Part shown: in pieces, positions 48,162 to 59,428 of the stretch
How positions within the stretch are numbered: the stretch's first letter is position 1
How the letters are laid out: each line of letters starts with the position of its first letter
Source of the DNA: the human T2T-CHM13v2.0 reference genome, Homo sapiens
Assembly: GCF_009914755.1 (NCBI RefSeq)
Contig: NC_060947.1
Length of the DNA stretch: 64,000 nt
Reading direction: 5' to 3' (one strand)
The notes under the pieces: model-generated
Seen by the model: only the letters and a program-made list of their open reading frames with translations
What the model was told of the DNA's origin: nothing
The model's database searches: none
Translations under genes and position numbers: made by a program

Positions 48162-50455
48162 AGAGAGAGAGAAAGAGAAAGAGACAGAGAAAAGAAACTA
48201 TGTTGTTTAAAATGCCAGCGGAAAGTCCATGGGGGTGAAAGAGTCCGGCAATGGCCAGGGAGTTAGCAGCTTGGCGTAGTGTCTTCCCACTGTTTTGTCT
48301 GTCTTGAGAATAGCATTCAACGCGACTGTGTTCCCGCAGCAGACGTTAGGCCGCTGCCCACGCCTTGAGTGCCGGACGAGGTCAACATAGGCTTTCCGTC
48401 ACAGAATATGTTTGGGCAGGAAGATCGGAACACTTGGGGCTGGGCCATCTACCGCTCCCCCACGGCACACACGAGTCGTCAGGGAAATGCCCGCCTCTGT
48501 GTGTGTTGTACGTGCAGCCTTCTGGGCAGAGCCGTGGAGAGTTGGACGTAGGCCAGGTGTGAGGAGGAGAGGTGTGTTTGGGGTGGCCACTGGCTCCCTT
48601 CCTGCGTGACGTAGGCTGGCGTGGGCTCTTCCCCCAGCCCCTTGCCGGTGCTGCCACGTGAGAAGGGCCCGGGTGCCGGTCCCGCTATTCCGGAATTGTG
48701 GGTTCACCTGAAGTTTGAGGCCAAACCCCCAGCGGTCAGTGGGACGCCAGTCGCCTTTGACCTCTTGGTCAAGCTGGCCTTGCCGTGACCCGTGAGAATG
48801 CCCAAGTGCCAATGTGTCCCGGGGGGCAGGGCCGGGGCTGGGATCCTAGTGTGTGCCCAGTCTCCTTCTCGTCCCTGCGGGTTCCACCATCCTCCCATCC
48901 TAACGCATCGTTAGGGATGCGGTTAGGTCGGGTCCATCCCCAGGGCGGTCCAAGGGGACCGCTTTCTGGTTTGTCAGGAAGGCAGGCTAGTAAGAAGGGT
49001 CCCGCCGAGTCCCATCTGCCAAGGACAGGGTCCCGCAGGTGGGCCAGGGCTGGCCCAAAGCGGCCGAGATGCTGATCCGCCATGTGCGGGGCGCTGTTGG
49101 CGTTTTTTCCTCAGCAAAGGGCGGAGGGAGTGGACGTGGGGGAAGGGCAGGTGGGCATTTCTGGAGCAATACTGCCATCAAGGGGAACTGGCTTGGCAAT
49201 CCCGCGCACCCTTCGCTGTGCTCGCCTGGGGAGGAGTGGCTTGGGACTGTCCTGGGGGACCAGGCAGGACTAGGGCAGGTGCTCGGGACGGATCCGAGGT
49301 CTCTGGAGGTCCGAGAGAAGCAGGCTCCGCCGCGGGGTCGGGCGGTGGAAGCCCCAGAGAGAGGCGCCAGGACTAGCTGGACAGCCAGGACGCCGGGCCG
49401 TTCCCGGACAGGAAGCCATGGCTCGGGAGCCTGGTGGCGGCCATGATCTGGGCGGGACCAGCGGAGGCCTCCGCCAGGGAGCCTGGGCTCGGGGCCTTGG
49501 GCAGTTTGCCTGGTGCCCCTTCCCGTGGGAGCAACCGGGGTGACGGCCTAGCTGGGTCCTCGGCCCGGGAGGCTCCGTCGGCCACACTGCACGCCTGCGG
49601 TGTGAGGAGGGCCGACTGCCAGTGCTGAGTTCCGTGGCCATTGGCGCCGGTGCCCGCCGCTGCTGGCCGGCGCCGGGGCGTTCCTCCTTGCGTCCTAGGG
49701 AGGAAGGTGGGCCGCGGGGCATCCCGCGGGGCCCGTACCCAGACGGTTCTTGACGAGGTGGACGCAAGGCAAGGCCCGGCCCGGCCCGGCCCGGCCCGGC
49801 CACCCTCAGACGCCGCGCACCCGCCTTGTTGAGACTTGCCACCCTGTCTTGTTGTGTCCATGTCCCCGAGGTTGTCTTGGAGGCGGGCCGTTCCCCGTGG
49901 TGCTCATTTCTGCCTGGGGGCCTTCCGGGGACCCCGCTTGTCTTTGGGGGTGCGCAGGCCCTTGCCCTGCGATCAGAGGCGCACCGACCGATGAGTTCGG
50001 TGGCAAAGCTTGAGAAATGGAGACTCTCTGGGCATCGGCTAAGGGGGCCCGGGGCCTTCCCAGGCCTGCTGGAGTCCGGGAAGCCGGGGGCACCCAGAAG
50101 GAAGGACCCGTCGGACTCTGCCTGGGGACAGCCTGCTCCGCGCCAGAAGGGTCCGCTGCTCAGGCAGCATCCCCGTGCCTCTCCTCCAGTGGGTCCCTCA
50201 GGTAGAATCGGGGCAGGCCCCACTGGACGTGCAGGGAGGAGGCTCGGAGGATGCATCCTTTGCAGGACCCGGTCTGGTACAGCAGCAGACGGAGCCATCT
50301 CCCGGGGCTTTCTGGCTTCTCCGAGGGTGTTCAGGAGTCTCCCAAGTGCACAGGGGCTCGTGCCCAAAGGGTGGAGGTCGGCACCGCTTCGCTCAATTCA
50401 GGAGTGGAGAAGGAAGCTAGAGGACCCTCTGGAGGTGGCAGGTTTAATGTCCTGC

Positions 50456-50486
<31 letters not shown>

Positions 50487-50511
50487 TTTTGTAATCAACT
50501 GAAAGAAGGCA
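47551..50511 (+). repeat. Monomer 17 (2961 bp)
   Basis: Twin of monomer 8 (aaggcAagg at 49771, gcttAttt). Confidence 0.95.
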
Positions 50512-51086
50512 GAAGGAGTCGATGGGCCTCTTAGGCCGGAAACCTTACAAGCATAGGACCAAGGCAGAAAAGGTCCAGAGGGTTCATGGTCCTCCGTTCC
50601 ACCTGAATCCAGCTAGAGAGCGAGCCAGGGGGATAGGTGTGCCCCTCGTCGCCCGTGCGCTGAGGCACTGTCACGCAAAGAGACATTCACCTTCCACGTC
50701 AACGCACCTTTAAGGGCGAGAGCGGTCCGCCGTGCCCAAGAGGAACGGGATGACATTCAACTGGGACTTGCCTCACCTTGGCTTGGGGGACCTCGAGAGC
50801 AGTCCCGTGGGGGCGGTGTTACTCGTGGTGGTAGAAGTGGAGGGCGTGTCCGGGTACTTGAGTTCATGGGCATCTCTCCCGCCGCCTCTCAGCCTATCTG
50901 CACCATGTCTCACACGTTCAGTTGCAGCTCTTACCGTTTTGAAGGCGCACGTGGGCAAGAAGTCCTGGGCAGCACAAGAAAGTCAATCACGTTGAGACAG
51001 AGAGAGCAGGAGAGGAAGTGGGCCCCAGTAGAAGTGGGCGAGAGAGCGTTGGGTGGGAACGTGGCACGAGAGAGAGAAATTATGAG

Positions 51087-51126
<40 letters not shown>

Positions 51127-53414
51127 AGAGAGAAAGAGACAGAGAAAAGAAACTATGTTGTTTAAAATGCCAGCGGAAAGTCCATGGGGGTGAAAGAGTC
51201 CGGCAATGGCCAGGGAGTTAGCAGCTTGGCGTAGTGTCTTCCCACTGTTTTGTCTGTCTTGAGAATAGCATTCAACGCGACTGTGTTCCCGCAGCAGACG
51301 TTAGGCCGCTGCCCACGCCTTGAGTGCCGGACGAGGTCAACATAGGCTTTCCGTCACAGAATATGTTTGGGCAGGAAGATCGGAACACTTGGGGCTGGGC
51401 CATCTACCGCTCCCCCACGGCACACACGAGTCGTCAGGGAAATGCCCGCCTCTGTGTGTGTTGTACGTGCAGCCTTCTGGGCAGAGCCGTGGAGAGTTGG
51501 ACGTAGGCCAGGTGTGAGGAGGAGAGGTGTGTTTGGGGTGGCCACTGGCTCCCTTCCTGCGTGACGTAGGCTGGCGTGGGCTCTTCCCCCAGCCCCTTGC
51601 CGGTGCTGCCACGTGAGAAGGGCCCGGGTGCCGGTCCCGCTATTCCGGAATTGTGGGTTCACCTGAAGTTTGAGGCCAAACCCCCAGCGGTCAGTGGGAC
51701 GCCAGTCGCCTTTGACCTCTTGGTCAAGCTGGCCTTGCCGTGACCCGTGAGAATGCCCAAGTGCCAATGTGTCCCGGGGGGCAGGGCCGGGGCTGGGATC
51801 CTAGTGTGTGCCCAGTCTCCTTCTCGTCCCTGCGGGTTCCACCATCCTCCCATCCTAACGCATCGTTAGGGATGCGGTTAGGTCGGGTCCATCCCCAGGG
51901 CGGTCCAAGGGGACCGCTTTCTGGTTTGTCAGGAAGGCAGGCTAGTAAGAAGGGTCCCGCCGAGTCCCATCTGCCAAGGACAGGGTCCCGCAGGTGGGCC
52001 AGGGCTGGCCCAAAGCGGCCGAGATGCTGATCCGCCATGTGCGGGGCGCTGTTGGCGTTTTTTCCTCAGCAAAGGGCGGAGGGAGTGGACGTGGGGGAAG
52101 GGCAGGTGGGCATTTCTGGAGCAATACTGCCATCAAGAGGAACTGGCTTGGCAATCCCGCGCACCCTTCGCTGTGCTCGCCTGGGGAGGAGTGGCTTGGG
52201 ACTGTCCTGGGGGACCAGGCAGGACTAGGGCAGGTGCTCGGGACGGATCCGAGGTCTCTGGAGGTCCGAGAGAAGCAGGCTCCGCCGCGGGGTCGGGCGG
52301 TGGAAGCCCCAGAGAGAGGCGCCAGGACTAGCTGGACAGCCAGGACGCCGGGCCGTTCCCGGACAGGAAGCCATGGCTCGGGAGCCTGGTGGCGGCCATG
52401 ATCTGGGCGGGACCAGCGGAGGCCTCCGCCAGGGAGCCTGGGCTCGGGGCCTTGGGCAGTTTGCCTGGTGCCCCTTCCCGTGGGAGCAACCGGGGTGACG
52501 GCCTAGCTGGGTCCTCGGCCCGGGAGGCTCCGTCGGCCACACTGCACGCCTGCGGTGTGAGGAGGGCCGACTGCCAGTGCTGAGTTCCGTGGCCATTGGC
52601 GCCGGTGCCCGCCGCTGCTGGCCGGCGCCGGGGCATTCCTCCTTGCGTCCTAGGGAGGAAGGTGGGCCGCGGGGCATCCCGCGGGGCCCGTACCCAGACG
52701 GTTCTTGACGAGGTGGACGCAAGGCCAGGCCCGGCCCGGCCCGGCCCGGCCCGGCCACCCTCAGACGCCGCGCACCCGCCTTGTTGAGACTTGCCACCCT
52801 GTCTTGTTGTGTCCATGTCCCCGAGGTTGTCTTGGAGGCGGGCCGTTCCCCGTGGTGCTCATTTCTGCCTGGGGGCCTTCCGGGGACCCCGCTTGTCTTT
52901 GGGGGTGCGCAGGCCGTTGCCCTGCGATCAGAGGCGCACCGACCGATGAGTTCGGTGGCAAAGCTTGAGAAATGGAGACTCTCTGGGCATCGGCTAAGGG
53001 GGCCCGGGGCCTTCCCAGGCCTGCTGGAGTCCGGGAAGCCGGGGGCACCCAGAAGGAAGGACCCGTCGGACTCTGCCTGGGGACAGCCTGCTCTGCGCCA
53101 GAAGGGTCCGCTGCTCAGGCAGCATCCCCGTGCCTCTCCTCCAGTGGGTCCCTCAGGTAGAATCGGGGCAGGCCCCACTGGACGTGCAGGGAGGAGGCTC
53201 GGAGGATGCATCCTTTGCAGGACCCGGTCTGGTACAGCAGCAGACGGAGCCATCTCCCGGGGCTTTCTGGCTTCTCCGAGGGTGTTCAGGAGTCTCCCAA
53301 GTGCGCAGGGGCTCGTGCCCAAAGGGTGGAGGTCGGCACCGCTTCGCTCAATTCAGGAGTGGAGAAGGAAGCTAGAGGACCCTCTGGAGGTGGCAGGTTT
53401 AATGTCCTGCTTTT

Positions 53415-53453
<39 letters not shown>

Positions 53454-53478
53454 TTTTGTAATCAACTGAAAGAAGGCA
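50512..53478 (+). repeat. Monomer 18 (2967 bp; chimera of monomer-9-type 5' half and monomer-1-type 3' half)
   Basis: Short GA tract and gagcAgt as in monomer 9; from 52138 onward carries the monomer 1 haplotype including ggcAtt. Confidence 0.93.
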
Positions 53479-54050
53479 GAAGGAGTCGATGGGCCTCTTA
53501 GGCCGGAAACCTTACAAGCATAGGACCAAGGCAGAAAAGGTCCAGAGGGTTCATGGTCCTCCGTTCCACCTGAATCCAGCTAGAGAGCGAGCCAGGGGGA
53601 TAGGTGTGCCCCTCGTCGCCCGTGCGCTGAGGCACTGTCACGCAAAGAGACATTCACCTTCCACGTCAACGCACCTTTAAGGGCGAGAGCGGTCCGCCGT
53701 GCCCAAGAGGAACGGGATGACATTCAACTGGGACTTGCCTCACCTTGGCTTGGGGGACCTCGAGAGCGGTCCCGTGGGGGCGGTGTTACTCGTGGTGGTA
53801 GAAGTGGAGGGCGTGTCCGGGTACTTGAGTTCATGGGCATCTCTCCCGCCGCCTCTCAGCCTATCTGCACCATGTCTCACACGTTCAGTTGCAGCTCTTA
53901 CCGTTTTGAAGGCGCACGTGGGCAAGAAGTCCTGGGCAGCACAAGAAAGTCAATCACGTTGAGACAGAGAGAGCAGGAGAGGAAGTGGGCCCCAGTAGAA
54001 GTGGGCGAGAGAGCGTTGGGTGGGAACGTGGCACGAGAGAGAGAAATTAT

Positions 54051-54089
<39 letters not shown>

Positions 54090-56387
54090 AGAGAGAGAGA
54101 AAGAGAAAGAGACAGAGAAAAGAAACTATGTTGTTTAAAATGCCAGCGGAAAGTCCATGGGGGTGAAAGAGTCCGGCAATGGCCAGGGAGTTAGCAGCTT
54201 GGCGTAGTGTCTTCCCACTGTTTTGTCTGTCTTGAGAATAGCATTCAACGCGACTGTGTTCCCGCAGCAGACGTTAGGCCGCTGCCCACGCCTTGAGTGC
54301 CGGACGAGGTCAACATAGGCTTTCCGTCACAGAATATGTTTGGGCAGGAAGATCGGAACACTTGGGGCTGGGCCATCTACCGCTCCCCCACGGCACACAC
54401 GAGTCGTCAGGGAAATGCCCGCCTCTGTGTGTGTTGTACGTGCAGCCTTCTGGGCAGAGCCGTGGAGAGTTGGACGTAGGCCAGGTGTGAGGAGGAGAGG
54501 TGTGTTTGGGGTGGCCACTGGCTCCCTTCCTGCGTGACGTAGGCTGGCGTGGGCTCTTCCCCCAGCCCCTTGCCGGTGCTGCCACGTGAGAAGGGCCCGG
54601 GTGCCGGTCCCGCTATTCCGGAATTGTGGGTTCACCTGAAGTTTGAGGCCAAACCCCCAGCGGTCAGTGGGACGCCAGTCGCCTTTGACCTCTTGGTCAA
54701 GCTGGCCTTGCCGTGACCCGTGAGAATGCCCAAGTGCCAATGTGTCCCGGGGGGCAGGGCCGGGGCTGGGATCCTAGTGTGTGCCCAGTCTCCTTCTCGT
54801 CCCTGCGGGTTCCACCATCCTCCCATCCTAACGCATCGTTAGGGATGCGGTTAGGTCGGGTCCATCCCCAGGGCGGTCCAAGGGGACCGCTTTCTGGTTT
54901 GTCAGGAAGGCAGGCTAGTAAGAAGGGTCCCGCCGAGTCCCATCTGCCAAGGACAGGGTCCCGCAGGTGGGCCAGGGCTGGCCCAAAGCGGCCGAGATGC
55001 TGATCCGCCATGTGCGGGGCGCTGTTGGCGTTTTTTCCTCAGCAAAGGGCGGAGGGAGTGGACGTGGGGGAAGGGCAGGTGGGCATTTCTGGAGCAATAC
55101 TGCCATCAAGAGGAACTGGCTTGGCAATCCCGCGCACCCTTCGCTGTGCTCGCCTGGGGAGGAGTGGCTTGGGACTGTCCTGGGGGACCAGGCAGGACTA
55201 GGGCAGGTGCTCGGGACGGATCCGAGGTCTCTGGAGGTCCGAGAGAAGCAGGCTCCGCCGCGGGGTCGGGCGGTGGAAGCCCCAGAGAGAGGCGCCAGGA
55301 CTAGCTGGACAGCCAGGACGCCGGGCCGTTCCCGGACAGGAAGCCATGGCTCGGGAGCCTGGTGGCGGCCATGATCTGGGCGGGACCAGCGGAGGCCTCC
55401 GCCAGGGAGCCTGGGCTCGGGGCCTTGGGCAGTTTGCCTGGTGCCCCTTCCCGTGGGAGCAACCGGGGTGACGGCCTAGCTGGGTCCTCGGCCCGGGAGG
55501 CTCCGTCGGCCACACTGCACGCCTGCGGTGTGAGGAGGGCCGACTGCCAGTGCTGAGTTCCGTGGCCATTGGCGCCGGTGCCCGCCGCTGCTGGCCGGCG
55601 CCGGGGCATTCCTCCTTGCGTCCTAGGGAGGAAGGTGGGCCGCGGGGCATCCCGCGGGGCCCGTACCCAGACGGTTCTTGACGAGGTGGACGCAAGGCCA
55701 GGCCCGGCCCGGCCCGGCCCGGCCCGGCCACCCTCAGACGCCGCGCACCCGCCTTGTTGAGACTTGCCACCCTGTCTTGTTGTGTCCATGTCCCCGAGGT
55801 TGTCTTGGAGGCGGGCCGTTCCCCGTGGTGCTCATTTCTGCCTGGGGGCCTTCCGGGGACCCCGCTTGTCTTTGGGGGTGCGCAGGCCGTTGCCCTGCGA
55901 TCAGAGGCGCACCGACCGATGAGTTCGGTGGCAAAGCTTGAGAAATGGAGACTCTCTGGGCATCGGCTAAGGGGGCCCGGGGCCTTCCCAGGCCTGCTGG
56001 AGTCCGGGAAGCCGGGGGCACCCAGAAGGAAGGACCCGTCGGACTCTGCCTGGGGACAGCCTGCTCTGCGCCAGAAGGGTCCGCTGCTCAGGCAGCATCC
56101 CCGTGCCTCTCCTCCAGTGGGTCCCTCAGGTAGAATCGGGGCAGGCCCCACTGGACGTGCAGGGAGGAGGCTCGGAGGATGCATCCTTTGCAGGACCCGG
56201 TCTGGTACAGCAGCAGACGGAGCCATCTCCCGGGGCTTTCTGGCTTCTCCGAGGGTGTTCAGGAGTCTCCCAAGTGCGCAGGGGCTCGTGCCCAAAGGGT
56301 GGAGGTCGGCACCGCTTCGCTCAATTCAGGAGTGGAGAAGGAAGCTAGAGGACCCTCTGGAGGTGGCAGGTTTAATGTCCTGCTTTT

Positions 56388-56426
<39 letters not shown>

Positions 56427-56451
56427 TTTTGTAATCAACTGAAAGAAGGCA
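53479..56451 (+). repeat. Monomer 19 (2973 bp)
   Basis: gagatAG plus monomer-1-type 3' half. Confidence 0.95.
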
Positions 56452-57023
56452 GAAGGAGTCGATGGGCCTCTTAGGCCGGAAACCTTACAAGCATAGGACC
56501 AAGGCAGAAAAGGTCCAGAGGGTTCATGGTCCTCCGTTCCACCTGAATCCAGCTAGAGAGCGAGCCAGGGGGATAGGTGTGCCCCTCGTCGCCCGTGCGC
56601 TGAGGCACTGTCACGCAAAGAGACATTCACCTTCCACGTCAACGCACCTTTAAGGGCGAGAGCGGTCCGCCGTGCCCAAGAGGAACGGGATGACATTCAA
56701 CTGGGACTTGCCTCACCTTGGCTTGGGGGACCTCGAGAGCGGTCCCGTGGGGGCGGTGTTACTCGTGGTGGTAGAAGTGGAGGGCGTGTCCGGGTACTTG
56801 AGTTCATGGGCATCTCTCCCGCCGCCTCTCAGCCTATCTGCACCATGTCTCACACGTTCAGTTGCAGCTCTTACCGTTTTGAAGGCGCACGTGGGCAAGA
56901 AGTCCTGGGCAGCACAAGAAAGTCAATCACGTTGAGACAGAGAGAGCAGGAGAGGAAGTGGGCCCCAGTAGAAGTGGGCGAGAGAGCGTTGGGTGGGAAC
57001 GTGGCACGAGAGAGAGAAATTAT

Positions 57024-57062
<39 letters not shown>

Positions 57063-59360
57063 AGAGAGAGAGAAAGAGAAAGAGACAGAGAAAAGAAACT
57101 ATGTTGTTTAAAATGCCAGCGGAAAGTCCATGGGGGTGAAAGAGTCCGGCAATGGCCAGGGAGTTAGCAGCTTGGCGTAGTGTCTTCCCACTGTTTTGTC
57201 TGTCTTGAGAATAGCATTCAACGCGACTGTGTTCCCGCAGCAGACGTTAGGCCGCTGCCCACGCCTTGAGTGCCGGACGAGGTCAACATAGGCTTTCCGT
57301 CACAGAATATGTTTGGGCAGGAAGATCGGAACACTTGGGGCTGGGCCATCTACCGCTCCCCCACGGCACACACGAGTCGTCAGGGAAATGCCCGCCTCTG
57401 TGTGTGTTGTACGTGCAGCCTTCTGGGCAGAGCCGTGGAGAGTTGGACGTAGGCCAGGTGTGAGGAGGAGAGGTGTGTTTGGGGTGGCCACTGGCTCCCT
57501 TCCTGCGTGACGTAGGCTGGCGTGGGCTCTTCCCCCAGCCCCTTGCCGGTGCTGCCACGTGAGAAGGGCCCGGGTGCCGGTCCCGCTATTCCGGAATTGT
57601 GGGTTCACCTGAAGTTTGAGGCCAAACCCCCAGCGGTCAGTGGGACGCCAGTCGCCTTTGACCTCTTGGTCAAGCTGGCCTTGCCGTGACCCGTGAGAAT
57701 GCCCAAGTGCCAATGTGTCCCGGGGGGCAGGGCCGGGGCTGGGATCCTAGTGTGTGCCCAGTCTCCTTCTCGTCCCTGCGGGTTCCACCATCCTCCCATC
57801 CTAACGCATCGTTAGGGATGCGGTTAGGTCGGGTCCATCCCCAGGGCGGTCCAAGGGGACCGCTTTCTGGTTTGTCAGGAAGGCAGGCTAGTAAGAAGGG
57901 TCCCGCCGAGTCCCATCTGCCAAGGACAGGGTCCCGCAGGTGGGCCAGGGCTGGCCCAAAGCGGCCGAGATGCTGATCCGCCATGTGCGGGGCGCTGTTG
58001 GCGTTTTTTCCTCAGCAAAGGGCGGAGGGAGTGGACGTGGGGGAAGGGCAGGTGGGCATTTCTGGAGCAATACTGCCATCAAGAGGAACTGGCTTGGCAA
58101 TCCCGCGCACCCTTCGCTGTGCTCGCCTGGGGAGGAGTGGCTTGGGACTGTCCTGGGGGACCAGGCAGGACTAGGGCAGGTGCTCGGGACGGATCCGAGG
58201 TCTCTGGAGGTCCGAGAGAAGCAGGCTCCGCCGCGGGGTCGGGCGGTGGAAGCCCCAGAGAGAGGCGCCAGGACTAGCTGGACAGCCAGGACGCCGGGCC
58301 GTTCCCGGACAGGAAGCCATGGCTCGGGAGCCTGGTGGCGGCCATGATCTGGGCGGGACCAGCGGAGGCCTCCGCCAGGGAGCCTGGGCTCGGGGCCTTG
58401 GGCAGTTTGCCTGGTGCCCCTTCCCGTGGGAGCAACCGGGGTGACGGCCTAGCTGGGTCCTCGGCCCGGGAGGCTCCGTCGGCCACACTGCACGCCTGCG
58501 GTGTGAGGAGGGCCGACTGCCAGTGCTGAGTTCCGTGGCCATTGGCGCCGGTGCCCGCCGCTGCTGGCCGGCGCCGGGGCATTCCTCCTTGCGTCCTAGG
58601 GAGGAAGGTGGGCCGCGGGGCATCCCGCGGGGCCCGTACCCAGACGGTTCTTGACGAGGTGGACGCAAGGCCAGGCCCGGCCCGGCCCGGCCCGGCCCGG
58701 CCACCCTCAGACGCCGCGCACCCGCCTTGTTGAGACTTGCCACCCTGTCTTGTTGTGTCCATGTCCCCGAGGTTGTCTTGGAGGCGGGCCGTTCCCCGTG
58801 GTGCTCATTTCTGCCTGGGGGCCTTCCGGGGACCCCGCTTGTCTTTGGGGGTGCGCAGGCCGTTGCCCTGCGATCAGAGGCGCACCGACCGATGAGTTTG
58901 GTGGCAAAGCTTGAGAAATGGAGACTCTCTGGGCATCGGCTAAGGGGGCCCGGGGCCTTCCCAGGCCTGCTGGAGTCCGGGAAGCCGGGGGCACCCAGAA
59001 GGAAGGACCCGTCGGACTCTGCCTGGGGACAGCCTGCTCTGCGCCAGAAGGGTCCGCTGCTCAGGCAGCATCCCCGTGCCTCTCCTCCAGTGGGTCCCTC
59101 AGGTAGAATCGGGGCAGGCCCCACTGGACGTGCAGGGAGGAGGCTCGGAGGATGCATCCTTTGCAGGACCCGGTCTGGTACAGCAGCAGACGGAGCCATC
59201 TCCCGGGGCTTTCTGGCTTCTCCGAGGGTGTTCAGGAGTCTCCCAAGTGCGCAGGGGCTCGTGCCCAAAGGGTGGAGGTCGGCACCGCTTCGCTCAATTC
59301 AGGAGTGGAGAAGGAAGCTAGAGGACCCTCTGGAGGTGGCAGGTTTAATGTCCTGCTTTT

Positions 59361-59403
<43 letters not shown>

Positions 59404-59428
59404 TTTTGTAATCAACTGAAAGAAGGCA
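56452..59428 (+). repeat. Monomer 20 (2977 bp)
   Basis: As monomer 19, plus private gagttTgg (58899) and (TTTA)11. Confidence 0.95.
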
